NCBI GenBank assembly: GCA_013239625.1
Contig: MU053594.1
Span: forward strand, 2,422,127-2,486,126
Source of the DNA: Lama guanicoe
Taxonomy: Eukaryota
DNA length: 64,000 nucleotides
Direction of reading: 5' to 3'
Under the pieces are notes generated by a model, which was not told where the DNA came from, ran no database searches, and saw nothing but the letters and a program-made list of their open reading frames with translations. Below are positions 39,001 to 50,875 of the stretch, in pieces. Every line of letters begins with the position of its first letter. Position 1 is the first letter of the stretch. A program made the position numbers and the translations under genes.

Positions 39001-42000
39001 ATGTACATGAGGCATTCTGAACTGTTCTGTTCCATCTTTTCCATCTCATTCTATTTATGGAGAATTTATGTTGGCTGGGAGTCACTAAGATAATGTAATG
39101 ACCCACTAATGCGTTGCGACTAACATTGGGAAATATTGCCTGTGAGACTTGCAAACCCACTGGTCAGTGTTGTGCTCCGGGACGAGGTGTGCTGGCTACT
39201 CTACTGTTTGGGTGTGTCAGGAGGCTAAGACAGGGCAGCTTACCGATTGGAGGGTGGTCTGTAAACATGGGTCACCGGAACCAAACAGAGAAGAGACTGG
39301 CTGGGGGTGGGGAGCAATTCATTATGCTAATGACAGTTTGTACTTCTCCGACTGGGAACTCTTCTTTCTTGGGGGGGGCATTGTCACTTCCAGGGTGTCT
39401 GCCTATAGTTCCTGATCATCTCTTGGGGGTTTTAATAAAAGTCTGAAAGAAAATATGGGCTTTTAATAGGCTCACTTGCTTCAAACTATCACGTGGAGTT
39501 CTGATTTTGGGATGTTGGGATTTTTGAGGGGCTGAGACAGACTTAGGGTGCTTTTTCCAACATCCCTGTTGGTGGTCGTCTGGTCCAGGCTCCCTCCACT
39601 GCCTGGCTGAGCAGCCAGCCCATCAATGAGTGTGGAGGAAGTGGAAGCTCACTGTTTGTCAGGCAGCCTGTTCCACTGTTGGACGGCTTTGAATAGAATG
39701 ATAACGGTTGAGCCCAAATCCAGTGAGGTCTATTAGTTGAGCACCGTCTACGTCCCAGGCATGGTATCAAGCACCAGGAATACAAAGACAGACAAGCCCT
39801 GCTTTCTGTCACCAACTGCTTGGTGAGAAACACGGAAGACCTGTTCTCCCGCGTCACACCACTGCTCCTCCATCGTGGGTTTGTTTGGTTCATTCATTGG
39901 TTCTTTCATTCATCCATTCAACAAGCAGATACTGCTTATCTGCTCTGACCAGGCCCAGTGCTAAGCCTGAAGAAGTTATCGTGCCCCCTTCCACCCCCAC
40001 CACAAGCCTTTTCTTTTGGGGGTTCACCATCTGTAGTTTCTCTAGTTCTTTGGGTATTATAGTATTTCAGATCTCTGGGCCACTGAGCTCAGAAACCCTT
40101 TCGTTTGTCTTTGACCTTCTTAAAGTTCCTTAACATCAGAATCATGGGAATAGAACTCATTTCCTTTTAAAGCTTTAAACTGAATATTTAAACTGAAATT
40201 TTTTGGCAGGCTTTTGTATGCAAATGACACTGCAGAGCCTTATAATTTTCCCCCAAAGTAGGAGGTTTTATTAAGTTAGACACATTAGACTCATGAATAT
40301 GAAAAGACTTTCAGTATAAGGAAAAAAGGGAGTTTATTCCCTACAAATTTGACTACAGCTCTACATTCTTCTTATTAATGCAAACTTCTTTTGTCATTTT
40401 GACTGGGGGACACTGTTACCAAACCTTGTGGGAAATATCAAGTTCCAAAAATTTGAAGGAAACAAGTACTTACTGGGCGCACTGTGAATGTTTGGTTCGT
40501 ATGAAAATGACTAGGAAAACTATTAGATGATGGCATTTAATGACCTGTGGTAAATCCATCTCCTCCAATAAAACGTATTCAGAGATTTTACTTTAAGAGG
40601 CTTCCCTGGGGAATGAGCACTTGATAGTTGATCGTTTAAATAAGGATGATGCCATCAGATGCTGCTTGAAAAGTCTTTTACTTAAAATATTTCTATTATG
40701 CAAGTTTTAAGGCATACAAAAACATAAGGATTTCTGTGATAAAAGTCTTTGAATATATTATCAAGCTTAAGAAATAAGTGATCTTTCCTTTATGAGTAAA
40801 CTATTAAGACTTAAACTTCTGGATTTTTCTACTCGAGATACTTGATTAGGAGAGGAGGTTAGCAGGAGTGGCTATCAATTTTCCTAATTTGAAGAGCTAA
40901 TTTTTAGATATTATTTGTTTTGTACACATTTTTTCCCCCTTTTGGAACTGGTACTTGGGGTTTTTTTTGTTTTTTGTTGCTATTTTCCTTTTGGCTTGTA
41001 ATATACTGACAATGAAATTGCATATTGCAAATCCACACATGTTATTTATCAGAGATTATGATTAGAGGACACTTTTCTATCAGAGATCAAATATAACACA
41101 GTGTCATCATTTACAAGTAATTACAGAAGATTTTCTTCTTATTTATAACCTGATCTTATTTATTTAACCTGATCTTTGGGAATTCTAATTCCTGATCTAT
41201 TTGTCATAATTGTTTTAATCACACCAGAGGTAATACCAAACATTGACTTTTATTCATAAGACTTCTTAGCAATATATTATAGTTTACGTAGATACTAAGT
41301 GACTATATAAACATTTTTCTGTGCTACTTCAAAGTTTCAGTAATTTTCCTTCTAAAAGACATTTGAAAAGTAAAATGAATCATCATACATATTTTACCAC
41401 TAAAGCTGTCTCCAACTCTCAGGATTTGCAAAAACTATGACTATGTTAAATACTAAACATGCTGAAATCTTTCTTGTGCATCAGAAATGTCACCCACAGT
41501 GTGAGAGTCTAAATAGTTATTCATCTTTGTGGTATAATCTTCACTCAATTTAACAAAGATTTACTGAGCACCTACAGCATGCTGGGCACTAAGCCAGGTG
41601 CTTAGGACACAGAACTGAGACAGCCAGGAGTCCTGCCCTTGATGAGTCTAGTTAGAGAATCTTGTTTTGCCAGGATGTACGGTTTTGCATTTAAGCTCTT
41701 GAACATCAATAGTTATCGAATATAGTGTTTAAGGTGAACAGTGAAATATTGTTTTGACTGAGAGGATACCTTGGATAGAACCCAATGACAGGGCATAAAG
41801 AAAGAGTATCATTTTGTTATGTAACGTAACTTAAACCTTGGACATCAATTGTTATTTTAGTTCATTAAATATAATTGATGCTTTATTTCTTATGAATGTA
41901 TTATTTAGATTTACATATTAAAATGGATCACAAAGATACTAGTAATACCTTTATATATGTATACATATATATGTATGTAAATATATATTCACTATTGGGG

Positions 42001-44830
42001 TGAGTCATTCTTTTCCCTTTGTGGAGTTTTTTGTAGCACACTTTGGAAGCCTTCCCCTACCACAAGAGTGCCATCATGTTGTATTGTTAACTGATAATAT
42101 GGTGCTCATTTAAGAGTATTTATTAAATACACAAGGTAAAGCTATGATTTTTCTCCTCTCATTCTTTGAAGTTTGTGTAACACTGTAAGAGAAATACAGA
42201 CGTTTTCAACCACATACTATCATGTCTGTTTCCAGTGATTTATGGGACGACTGCCTGTATTGTAGCTTTTGCACGGGCAAGCTTTGCTTTCCACCGTTTG
42301 TGGACATGGTCATCTGGGTAGCTTTCTTTAACTCGGACTTGACATCACCATCTCTGCTCATGTTAAACCTTAAAAGACCTGAGAGAGATGGCCGTTTTAA
42401 ACCTGAGCTCTTACCTTTTCTCCGGCTTCCCCAGGAAAGCTGTGAGCCTGAGCAGAGCAGGTTTAAGGAAGGAGCGGGAGAGGAGAATGTGTTTTTTTTT
42501 TTTTAATGCTGGCATTGTGCATTATTACAACAAAGTGCGGTTAGTCCCTGGCAAGCAGTAGGAAATAGAGAGTACTTGAATGAGAAATGAGATAGGGAAA
42601 TAGAATTAATTTCCTTGTCATAAGGTTGTAGTTTGGTTTCACTTTTTAACAAAGTATTGTAAATTCCCAGAACAACAACACAGAACCAAATTAAAATATG
42701 TGCAATGTATGACTGGGATATTGTGCTTCATACCAGAGAAACACACATTGTAATTGACTGTACTTCAATAAACTATATATATACAATGTAGCAACACGTT
42801 GTCCAGCTAAATAGAACTCTTAAAAATCATTTATAGTTTAGAGTTACCAGCACCGCTCCCCACTGCTCCTGCCCCTTTACACCAGAGGACTGGGATGGCT
42901 ACTAGACAGACTATGGACCTATGTATGTCTCCTTTTTTTTTATAAACTAAATTTGTCAAACACTTTGAAAGGGCCTGGATGCTCTGAGAAGAAGGTAGCT
43001 ACCACTGGTTACTGAGCTTTACTTACCTGAGAGCCAGCACATCCTCAGGCTGTGACAAGATGGACACAATAGGTGAGCAGATAGCAACAAACTTAGAGAA
43101 ATAAGCATGCCTACGTTTAGTGTTATAATCAAACAAAAGGTAAAGATATACGAACACGTACGTATGATTTACACAACTCTTAGTGTTGTGTGTCACTTAG
43201 TAACACATTATTATACATTTTATACAACCAGTCTAGAAAAGTGACTTTGCAACTCTTCCTTGTGAAGGCCCCTGAAAGCAGAGAGAGGGCCCGATCTCTT
43301 CTTTCTGATTTGGGGACTGCCATCCAGGTGGTTGTGAGGCTGGATGACGGATGACACTGCAAAGCATCCTAGCAGTCGGGACTAAGGGCTCAAGTCTCAT
43401 CAGACTGAAGACAAGCAGCTCTCTCTCCTCCACGGTAGACGCTGCCCCCTTCCATTGAGGAGCTAATATTGAGCAAAGCCAAGTCAGCCTGTAAAAGGGA
43501 GCCGTGGGAGGGAAGGAGCAGGCAGGGGACCTGGGAGAGTGCAGCCCAGCCCTGCAGACCACCAGTCCTCCTTGGTCTGCTTCTCCAGGGCTGTCCTCCC
43601 TGGAAGGAGCTGAGGGGTGCGAGGAAGCCTCTTATTCAAGTATTCCCTGTGAGCACTCCACAAATTAGGAGTGTGTTTGCTTAACCAGACTATACCCTTG
43701 AAGGCCTGGAAAAGAAAGAATATTAATTACTCACTTCTAAATGTGAATTAATACCCCTGTTTGACTTTCTAGACTCCTATCTAGAGCATGGGACACTGTC
43801 ACAGGGGATGTAATGGAGACTGAATTGAGGGGTTTTGGGGCCTCCAGAAGATGGAGAGAAAAAGACTGGGTCACAGGGGGACTCACGGGGTCAGAAAAAT
43901 GTGATCAAGGGAATAAAGAACATAAGGTGGTATAAAATAAGAGGAAGATCGTGGGTATAACGTCTGAGCCTTGACTCAAGCTTTGCAAAGTCAAAGTGTG
44001 TGCAAGACATTTATGATGGGCTCAGCCTGCAGACAGGCACACTGCTTGGTAGGAATTACTGTGGGAAGTTAATTGGCGAAGGAATCCACACCAATCAAAC
44101 TTACACGAGACAGATTGATGCTTTGGATGTCAGTTTCTTCATTTATACACAGTTAAGAACTATACATTTCTGACCAATGAACAACCAACAAGGTCTTACT
44201 TCAAAGAGAAGAGGCTGTGTGTGTGTACACTTGACAAAATGTCCTTCTCCAAAGCCCCTTTGCTTCTTGGTGTTCTGTGGTCTGTCATTTCTTGCCGACA
44301 GCCCAGTCCTGCTCTCTGTGTTTTCCTTACAAGGCATGCATTCTTACTTGATCGTGGAATGTTCATTTTATTCATGTACTCTGATAACTGTAGGTTTATT
44401 CCATCAGAGAGACAATCTCTAGCTTAATTAAGTCTGCCATTGATCAAAGAAAGCTTTTGGCCTCTGTTGTTTGTTGGATTAGCCTAAGTATTGGACACCC
44501 TGGGCTTTAGGGCAGTCAAAATTATGAATTTATGAAGCTGTAGGGTCCTGACTTCGTCCTATTTTAAAGACAATAAAGCATTTATATGTGGCGCCATATT
44601 TGTTACTTGCAAGTTATTATTTGTTACTTATTATTTGCAAGTTACCGTAAGGAGAGAAATGTATATAGTGCTTCACGCTTTAAAGCCACGTGGTATAAAA
44701 TGAGTTTAGTTTTATATGCTCTAATCTGTATTATAGCCTATACATTCTCTTTCACAGAAGAACACCCACAGTTCAGAACTAAGAAAAATTGGACAGGAAA
44801 ATCGGTATGTTTTATGATCTGCGTAAAGTT

Positions 44831-44836
44831 TTTAAT
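44831..44836 (-). terminator. Candidate polyadenylation signal of POU2AF2 (ATTAAA)
   Basis: tttaat on the plus strand, about 310 nt after the stop. A GU-rich tract (tgtgggtgttcttctgtg) follows downstream on the minus strand. Confidence 0.5.
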
Positions 44837-45145
44837 GTAGTTTAAGATAAAAATATCAGTGCTAAAATGATAGGTACTTGAAAGCAAACAGAAGATTCAG
44901 AATGCAGTGACTTACTAAGCTTCCCCAGAGATCTTACTGTCAGGTTTTCTAGCTAGAATTTACATTGTGGTGTGTTTCAGTGGAGGGATGGTGGGGAGAA
45001 TCCCAAATAAAGGCCACCATCCATTAACAAAAGGCAGCGTGATGGCTTATCCTGAAAATCCCATTTTCGCCAAGCGGCCACACCACAACAATCCGTGAAT
45101 ACAGAAACCAACTTAAAGAAATGCACAGAAGTCCTCTGGTGCCCT

Positions 45146-45547
45146 TCAGTAAGCTCTGCGGCACTCGTACGCCCCCCAGGTCAGGCTTCCATCTTCTTTG
45201 GTCCATGGAGAAGGGTCCTGGAGGGCAGAGGTGTCTGCCCCCTCGTCTGGGGAGAAGGGCCCCACCTTGGGTGGTGGGTCATTGGACATCGTCATGAAAG
45301 AGGTGAAGGGGTAGGGGGCCGGGGTGGGGTACCCCTGCGTGTGGTACAGATCCTCCAGTGCGTGCAGTGAGTAGGGCTGAACCCCAGCCAGGGGGGCCCC
45401 CCAGCTCGAGCTCCGGTGCTGGGCGGTGCTCCCCAACTCCAGCTGGGAGAGGCAGCTCGTGCTGGGGGCCAGGCTCTGCAGGGCGTCGGCTGGCACGGGG
45501 TCTGGCTGGCTGAGGCCTTCCGGCACTGTCTGTTCCCACGAGTCCCT
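45146..45547 (-). CDS. POU2AF2: POU2AF2 last coding exon
   Basis: ctttccatcctcctcag|AGGGACTCGTGG...; RDSWEQTVPEGLSQPDP...YECRRAY*; overlaps ORF-track 45146..45526. Confidence 0.95.
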   Translation of the reverse strand, partial: RDSWEQTVPEGLSQPDPVPADALQSLAPSTSCLSQLELGSTAQHRSSSWGAPLAGVQPYSLHALEDLYHTQGYPTPAPYPFTSFMTMSNDPPPKVGPFSPDEGADTSALQDPSPWTKEDGSLTWGAYECRRAY

Positions 45548-48500
45548 CTGAGGAGGATGGAAAGATCACTGAGGTTAGTCATCAGGTGGCAGTCTGATGG
45601 GGACAGATTTCCTTCCCAACGTGGGGTGCTGCTGGCCCATGGTTTCTAGAGCAGACTGGGTGTCCTCCCTCTGCTGTCCGAAGCCTCCTTGCCAGGCAGC
45701 TTTCCCCTCTGGTGTGTGAAGTGAAAGTTTTAGTTCCTGTCTTAATTTAGAATTAGATTTATCTCTATCTCTCCATGTCTACCTACCTACCTACCTACCT
45801 ATCGAGTCCATTCCCTAGAAGACAATATTAAATGAATAAAACGTGAAAATAATAAACCGAACATTTAGACGGCATTTCATCATTCACTCCTGGAAGGGGT
45901 AAGCCTCTAAACTGCTCAGTGGGCTTCTAAGCCAACTAGGAAGGCTACCCTGCCCTCAGTGAGCAGAGGTAGGAGCCTCGCAGGCTGGGAGCTGGGAAGA
46001 TTTGGGCTTGGTTCATGGCTGGGCCACTTACCGCCTTTCTGACTCTGAGTACCTCAGTTTGTTCATCTGTAAAATGGGGCTTTAGTAACTATATCCTTAA
46101 TTGTTGCAAATATTAAATGAGCATATAAGTTACGGCTGGCGTAGATACTCAGTAATGTTAATTACCACTCTCCCAAGTCCTGTTTTGTCTAAAATCCCAT
46201 CTTCAGAGATTCATTCCTTTGTGGTTAAGGGCTTTACAGTTTTGTATAAGAAAGTTATTAGTATTCTTCTTTATGAACTCACCTCACGAAAGACTGAGAG
46301 AGAACAAGAAGAGGTTAGAAAACTGAGGGGTCCTGAGGGAGGTTAGGGGGTCGGAGGAGAGAGGCATCCAGATGCACCTGCCCTGGCTGACAGTCTAGCT
46401 GTGTCTGAGAGGTGACTTCATGGTTCTTCCTTTACGTGCAGGACGAGAGATGGGGAAGCATCTGGTAACATCGTTAGCGTACTAATAAAATGGATATAAA
46501 TCCTATTTGATTAGTCGTCCCCGCCTACACGTCTGGCTCGAGCCTCCTGCGGCCTTGGCGGGCACGGATCTTCCAGGAAGGCTCCCCGGGCGAGGGTCCC
46601 GGCGGAGCGGCGGGTCCTGCCACCTCCGGGGCAGCGCGAGCCGCCGCGGGGGTCTCCAGGGCAGGCACCCTCGGCCTCGGCCCGGCTGGCTGCCGGGGGA
46701 GCCCCGATCTCAGTCACCGCACCCCAGCCCCACACCAAGCCTCCGCCTCCTCTCTCACCAGCACGAAGTGCGCGGACTCGCCGGGGAAGGGCGGCGGCAG
46801 CAGCGGCGGCAGGGCCGAGGCGCCGAACAGGGCGCCGCCGCCGGGGCTCAGGGCGGCGGGCCGGTGGTCCCCGCAGGGCTCCGGGAAGCCGGGGTCCAGG
46901 AGCGCCGCGTGGCCCTGCCCTGCCGCGGGCTCGCAGGCGAAGGGCTTCGCCACGCCCGGGCTGCAGGCGTCGCTGGCAAACTGCTTAGTGCTGTGGAAGT
47001 CCGAGTCCGACAGGAAGGACCTCCGGACGCCGTAGTAACCGGACATCACCGGCGAACCTGCTGCCAGGGGAAAGACACAGCGGCCAGGACTTCCTCAGAG
47101 GAGCTCAAGGCGGCTCTGCTGCAGCCGAGCCCCTCCACGTGTGAAACGGCGTATCTAACGCAGGCCCGACTCCGAGGCCAACGGATAAATAGATGCATGT
47201 CTGGAGGAGCGTTAAATACAGCGACGTTACCTCCTTGACCTGCGCCAGCCCCAATAACTGACAGGTTTAAAGCCTGCTCTGCCTTTGAGATGAGTTCACT
47301 TTAGAAGATGCACTAGCTGTTCAGCCAGTCTCAGACTTGTACTTTTGCTGTGCACTTTCTCTGTGCCAGAAGGAACTGGGCTTAAAGAGATACAATATGA
47401 ATCCCTTAGCATTTACATTTTATTTAACGAAGCATCTTTTTCACAGTTTCTGAGTTCTGACCCCACAGACGTAGGACCGTTAACAAGAGGCTGCGTCTGG
47501 GACATGGTATCTGAGATTCGGTATCTCTAGGTAAGGTGAGACTGTGACCTCACCCCAAATCAGAGGCAGATTGTATTCTTCTATTTCTTTGTATACTGAC
47601 CTTTAACACCGTGTCTTGTACCTCGCAGGCACCAGAAATGGTCTGCTTGCTTTGTTTCTGTGAATCCACGTTTGAGGATCACAGAAAATGTGTTTTCTGG
47701 CTATGATGAGTCTGGTGTTGTTTGATGCCCTCTCGTGGCCATACCGGGTCCCTCACTCAGCTCACCTGGACACTGCAAGCTTGAGAAAGAGATGCCTGGC
47801 ACAGAAAGTTCCCTGGGGTGGAAACCGGGGGATGAAACTGGAAAGAATCTCATTGAGGGCAAAGCCAGTGAAACAGTCCCAGAGGAGAAGAGATGTGTTT
47901 TCTAAGACTTTCTGAGTCCGTAGTTCAGTTGTAGCGGGAAACCCTTCATCATTTAGAACATGTTCAGGGGCGTAGACTCAAGGTCTGTGAAACTGATTTT
48001 TTCAGACCTGGTGGTAGGTGTGGCTTACACCCTGAGGTCGCAAAAACGAGGCTGAGCTGGGAGGAAGACTCAGGTGCTTTTCCTTCTCACCTTCCCCTAA
48101 CCACCGTGGACCACTTCTGAGCTTTGTCCTTGCCCACCCTGCCCACTTGTCCTCAGGGAGAGGAGACAGACTCATTAAGATCATTTTTGTTATCCCGACT
48201 CACTGGCACATTACTCTACACACACAGCACTTTGGCTCCTGCCACCTGATGTGGCACTTCGTGTGGTGCTCACGACTTTCTCACCTGAGTTACAGCCCTC
48301 TTTTCAGCCAACCTGCAGGCTCCATGGGGCACAGCTTGTGTCTTACACATTTTCTGTAAGCCCAGTAGTGTAATACTGTGGTCAACAGTTACATGTAAAT
48401 GTATTCATTCATTCAGAGAAAATTAAAATTCCTCGTGGATATTTACCGCACAATTCTACCCACTCCACTTTCATCTAAAATCCTATAACCCCCAACTGCT

Positions 48501-49543
48501 CATGAATTTGAAATCTGTAGTTAGAGGTTTCATCATAAGCATATTCCTCTAGAAAAAAAAATCTGTGCAAGTGAAAATTAATATCAATAAATAAGGTTTT
48601 GTTTCACACCACAAATTTATAGCCACAACAGTGGTTAAGGCTGAGAACAGAATGAAGAATAAGTAAACAAGTCTTCCAGGATCTCATGTCTGCATTTCCA
48701 ATTTCCAAGTTAAAAAACACAAAGAAAAAAAAAACCCTTCTGCTCTCTTAAGCGTGTCTTTTTCTCTTTAAAAGGAGGAAGAGATGGTAAGAGAAGCTGC
48801 GGAATTTTCTTCTTTAGAAGGGAGCAGATACAACCAGGTTCCAGCGACAAAGTACAGTTGAGAAACACAGCATAGAGACATTTAGATACGTGGCATCTTC
48901 TCGTGCTTTTATTCCTTTCCCTTATCCGGCTCTGAAAATGATCAAACTTACTGAGAAAGCCTATGCTATTTCTGAGTTTGAGACCTGAAAGGAATGTGTG
49001 TGTATGTGCGCGCGCGTGCATACATGTATGAGAGTGCTCCAAACTATTATTAAGAATGCTCTTTTTCCATCCCTATAGGAGTATTTAATGAGACATATGT
49101 ATTAAAATGAATGTAAGATGGTTAACTAAGTGCCTGGCATATAGAAAGCACCAATAAATGGTAGTTCCTCCATCTGCCCACAGATCTCTCTCTGTTTGTT
49201 CTAAAGCCAGTGCATAGTCTATCAGGCCATAGGGATAGAATTTTAGACTTTTTAAATGGTATCAAGGATCTAATGCTATTACTTCTGCCCAGTAAACTTA
49301 CACTAGATAGAATGCATTCTAAATTCGAAAATGACTGAGTGAGGTCTGCCTTCCCTGATTTTATATTTAAAAAATAAATATTTTAAAGCAACAAAATTTT
49401 GAAAGTGCTGTAAGGCAGCTATGAAATAATGGAAACCAAAATGCCTGATTTAAATTCAAAAGGGAGGGAGGTGATTGCCCCTTGAGGGGCGGTAACTCAC
49501 CTGGCATCGGGACGAATGGAGACTGAGAGGAACTGACACTGCC
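45146..49543 (-). CDS. POU2AF2: POU class 2 homeobox associating factor 2 (C11orf53 / OCA-T1), 3' three coding exons (5'-partial, 247 aa in window)
   Basis: Spliced 43+299+402 nt gives GSVSSSQSPFVPMPGSPVMSGYYGVRRSFLSDSDFH...WTKEDGSLTWGAYECRRAY*, matching the recalled human C11orf53. The upstream OCA-motif exon was not found in the window. Confidence 0.95.
45778..45801. repeat. (CCTA)n microsatellite in a POU2AF2 intron
   Basis: tctacctacctacctacctaccta. Confidence 0.85.
46510..47230. promoter_or_regulatory. Intragenic CpG island over the POU2AF2 penultimate exon
   Basis: Dense CpG/GC block extending into both flanking introns, within otherwise AT-rich sequence. Confidence 0.75.
46759..47057 (-). 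CDS. POU2AF2: POU2AF2 penultimate coding exon
   Basis: ctttcccctggcagcag|GTTCGCCG...GTGCTG|gtgaga; 299 nt; overlaps ORF-track 46714..47049 (SGYYGVRRSFLSDSDFH...PGESAHFVL). Confidence 0.95.
49501..49543 (-). CDS. POU2AF2: POU2AF2 small internal exon (GSVSSSQSPFVPMP-G)
   Basis: ccccctctgtcttccag|GGCAGTGTC...ATGCCAG|gtgagt; 43 nt; phase 0 to 1. Confidence 0.92.
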
Positions 49544-50084
49544 CTGGAAGACAGAGGGGGCACGAATGTTTTCTTCTTTAGTTGCAAGGTTGAATTAAAA
49601 AAAAGATTAAATATACATTTTACAAGCTTTATTTTCTGATTCTAAGAAATATTTGGGGAGAGGTTAGTTTTGGGGGAGCAGTCAACTGAGAGTTAAAAAA
49701 GCAAGTACTAAGAGAACAAACTTTTACAAGGGACAAAGAGAAACCAAAGTTTTAGATTCTGGTAAATATGCTAAAAAGCCCAGGCTACATGAAATGAAAT
49801 AATTTACCCTATTTTTTTACTGTCCATGTTAATATCCCTCATCAAGTATATATCAACGATTTACAAACATCCATCCATCCATATGCACAGAAATATGGTT
49901 GTTTGGCTTCAACATTCAATGGCTACTTTTTAAATTGTCCATCTCCACATAGAGTGGAAGCTTGACCGTGACTCGTCCTCAGTGTCATGAAGAGAACATG
50001 ATTCATGGTAAACACAATAAAAATATGTGAGAGAAAGAGACAGCCCTCAAAGAACCCGCAGTTTCATGAGCATGGAAGGTTGAG

Positions 50085-50875
50085 GTCTACTGGTTGAATT
50101 ATGTCCCCTGAAAAGGTGTACTGAAGACCTAATTACCAGTCCCCGTGAGTGTGAACTTATTTGGAAATCGGATCTTTGAAGATGTAACTAGTTCAATTAA
50201 AAATGAGGACATACTGGAGTATTGTGGACCCCAAATCCATGACTGGTGTCCTTATAAGAAAAGGAGAGAGACACAGACATAGACACAGAGGGGAGAAGGC
50301 GGTGTGAAGAAAGAGGCAGAGATCTGAGAGATACAACTTCAAACTGAGGAACATTAAGGCTTGCCAGCAACCACCAGAAGCTAGAAAGTGGCAAGGAAGG
50401 GTGCTCTCCCAGAGCCTGCACAGGGAGCCTGGCCCTGCCTACAGCTTGATTTTGGACTTCCAGTTTCCAGAATTGTAAGACAACAATTTTCTATTGTTTT
50501 AAAAAGAAAAGGTATATATATATATAATATATATATATATATTATATATATATATACATACACACATACACACACACACATATACACACACATATGCATG
50601 CATACACACATAGGTATACATACATACACATATATACACACACACGTATACATACACATACACACGTATACATACATACACACGTATCCATCCATATATA
50701 TATATATGTAACTGAATCTACTTTGTGATACACCTGAAATTAACAGAACATTGTAAATCAAGTATTAAAAAAATTGATTCAGTTAAAAAAACTCAACAAA
50801 ACAAAACAAAATTTCTATTTTTTAAGCCACCTTGTTTGTAGGAATTTGTTACTGCAGCCCCGGGGCACTCATACA
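50085..50875 (+). mobile_element. MLT1-type (MaLR) LTR interrupted by a TA/CA microsatellite and a short L1 3'-end fragment
   Basis: tgaattatgtcccc...ttatttggaaat...cttataaga...gccagcaaccaccagaagctag...ttttaagccacc...tttgttactgcagccc are MLT1 hallmarks. The insertion at about 50500-50810 is flanked by a repeated atttctatt-like motif. Confidence 0.8.
50512..50710. repeat. Compound (TA)n/(CA)n/(TACA)n microsatellite
   Basis: Directly visible. Confidence 0.95.

Noticed and set aside
46507..47238. 243-aa plus-strand ORF
   Set aside because: Antisense to a real exon within a GC-rich island where stop codons are scarce; non-ATG start; low-complexity R/G/A/P content.
50381..50761. Y/I/V/C/H/T-rich ORFs
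   Set aside because: Translations of the TA/CA microsatellite.
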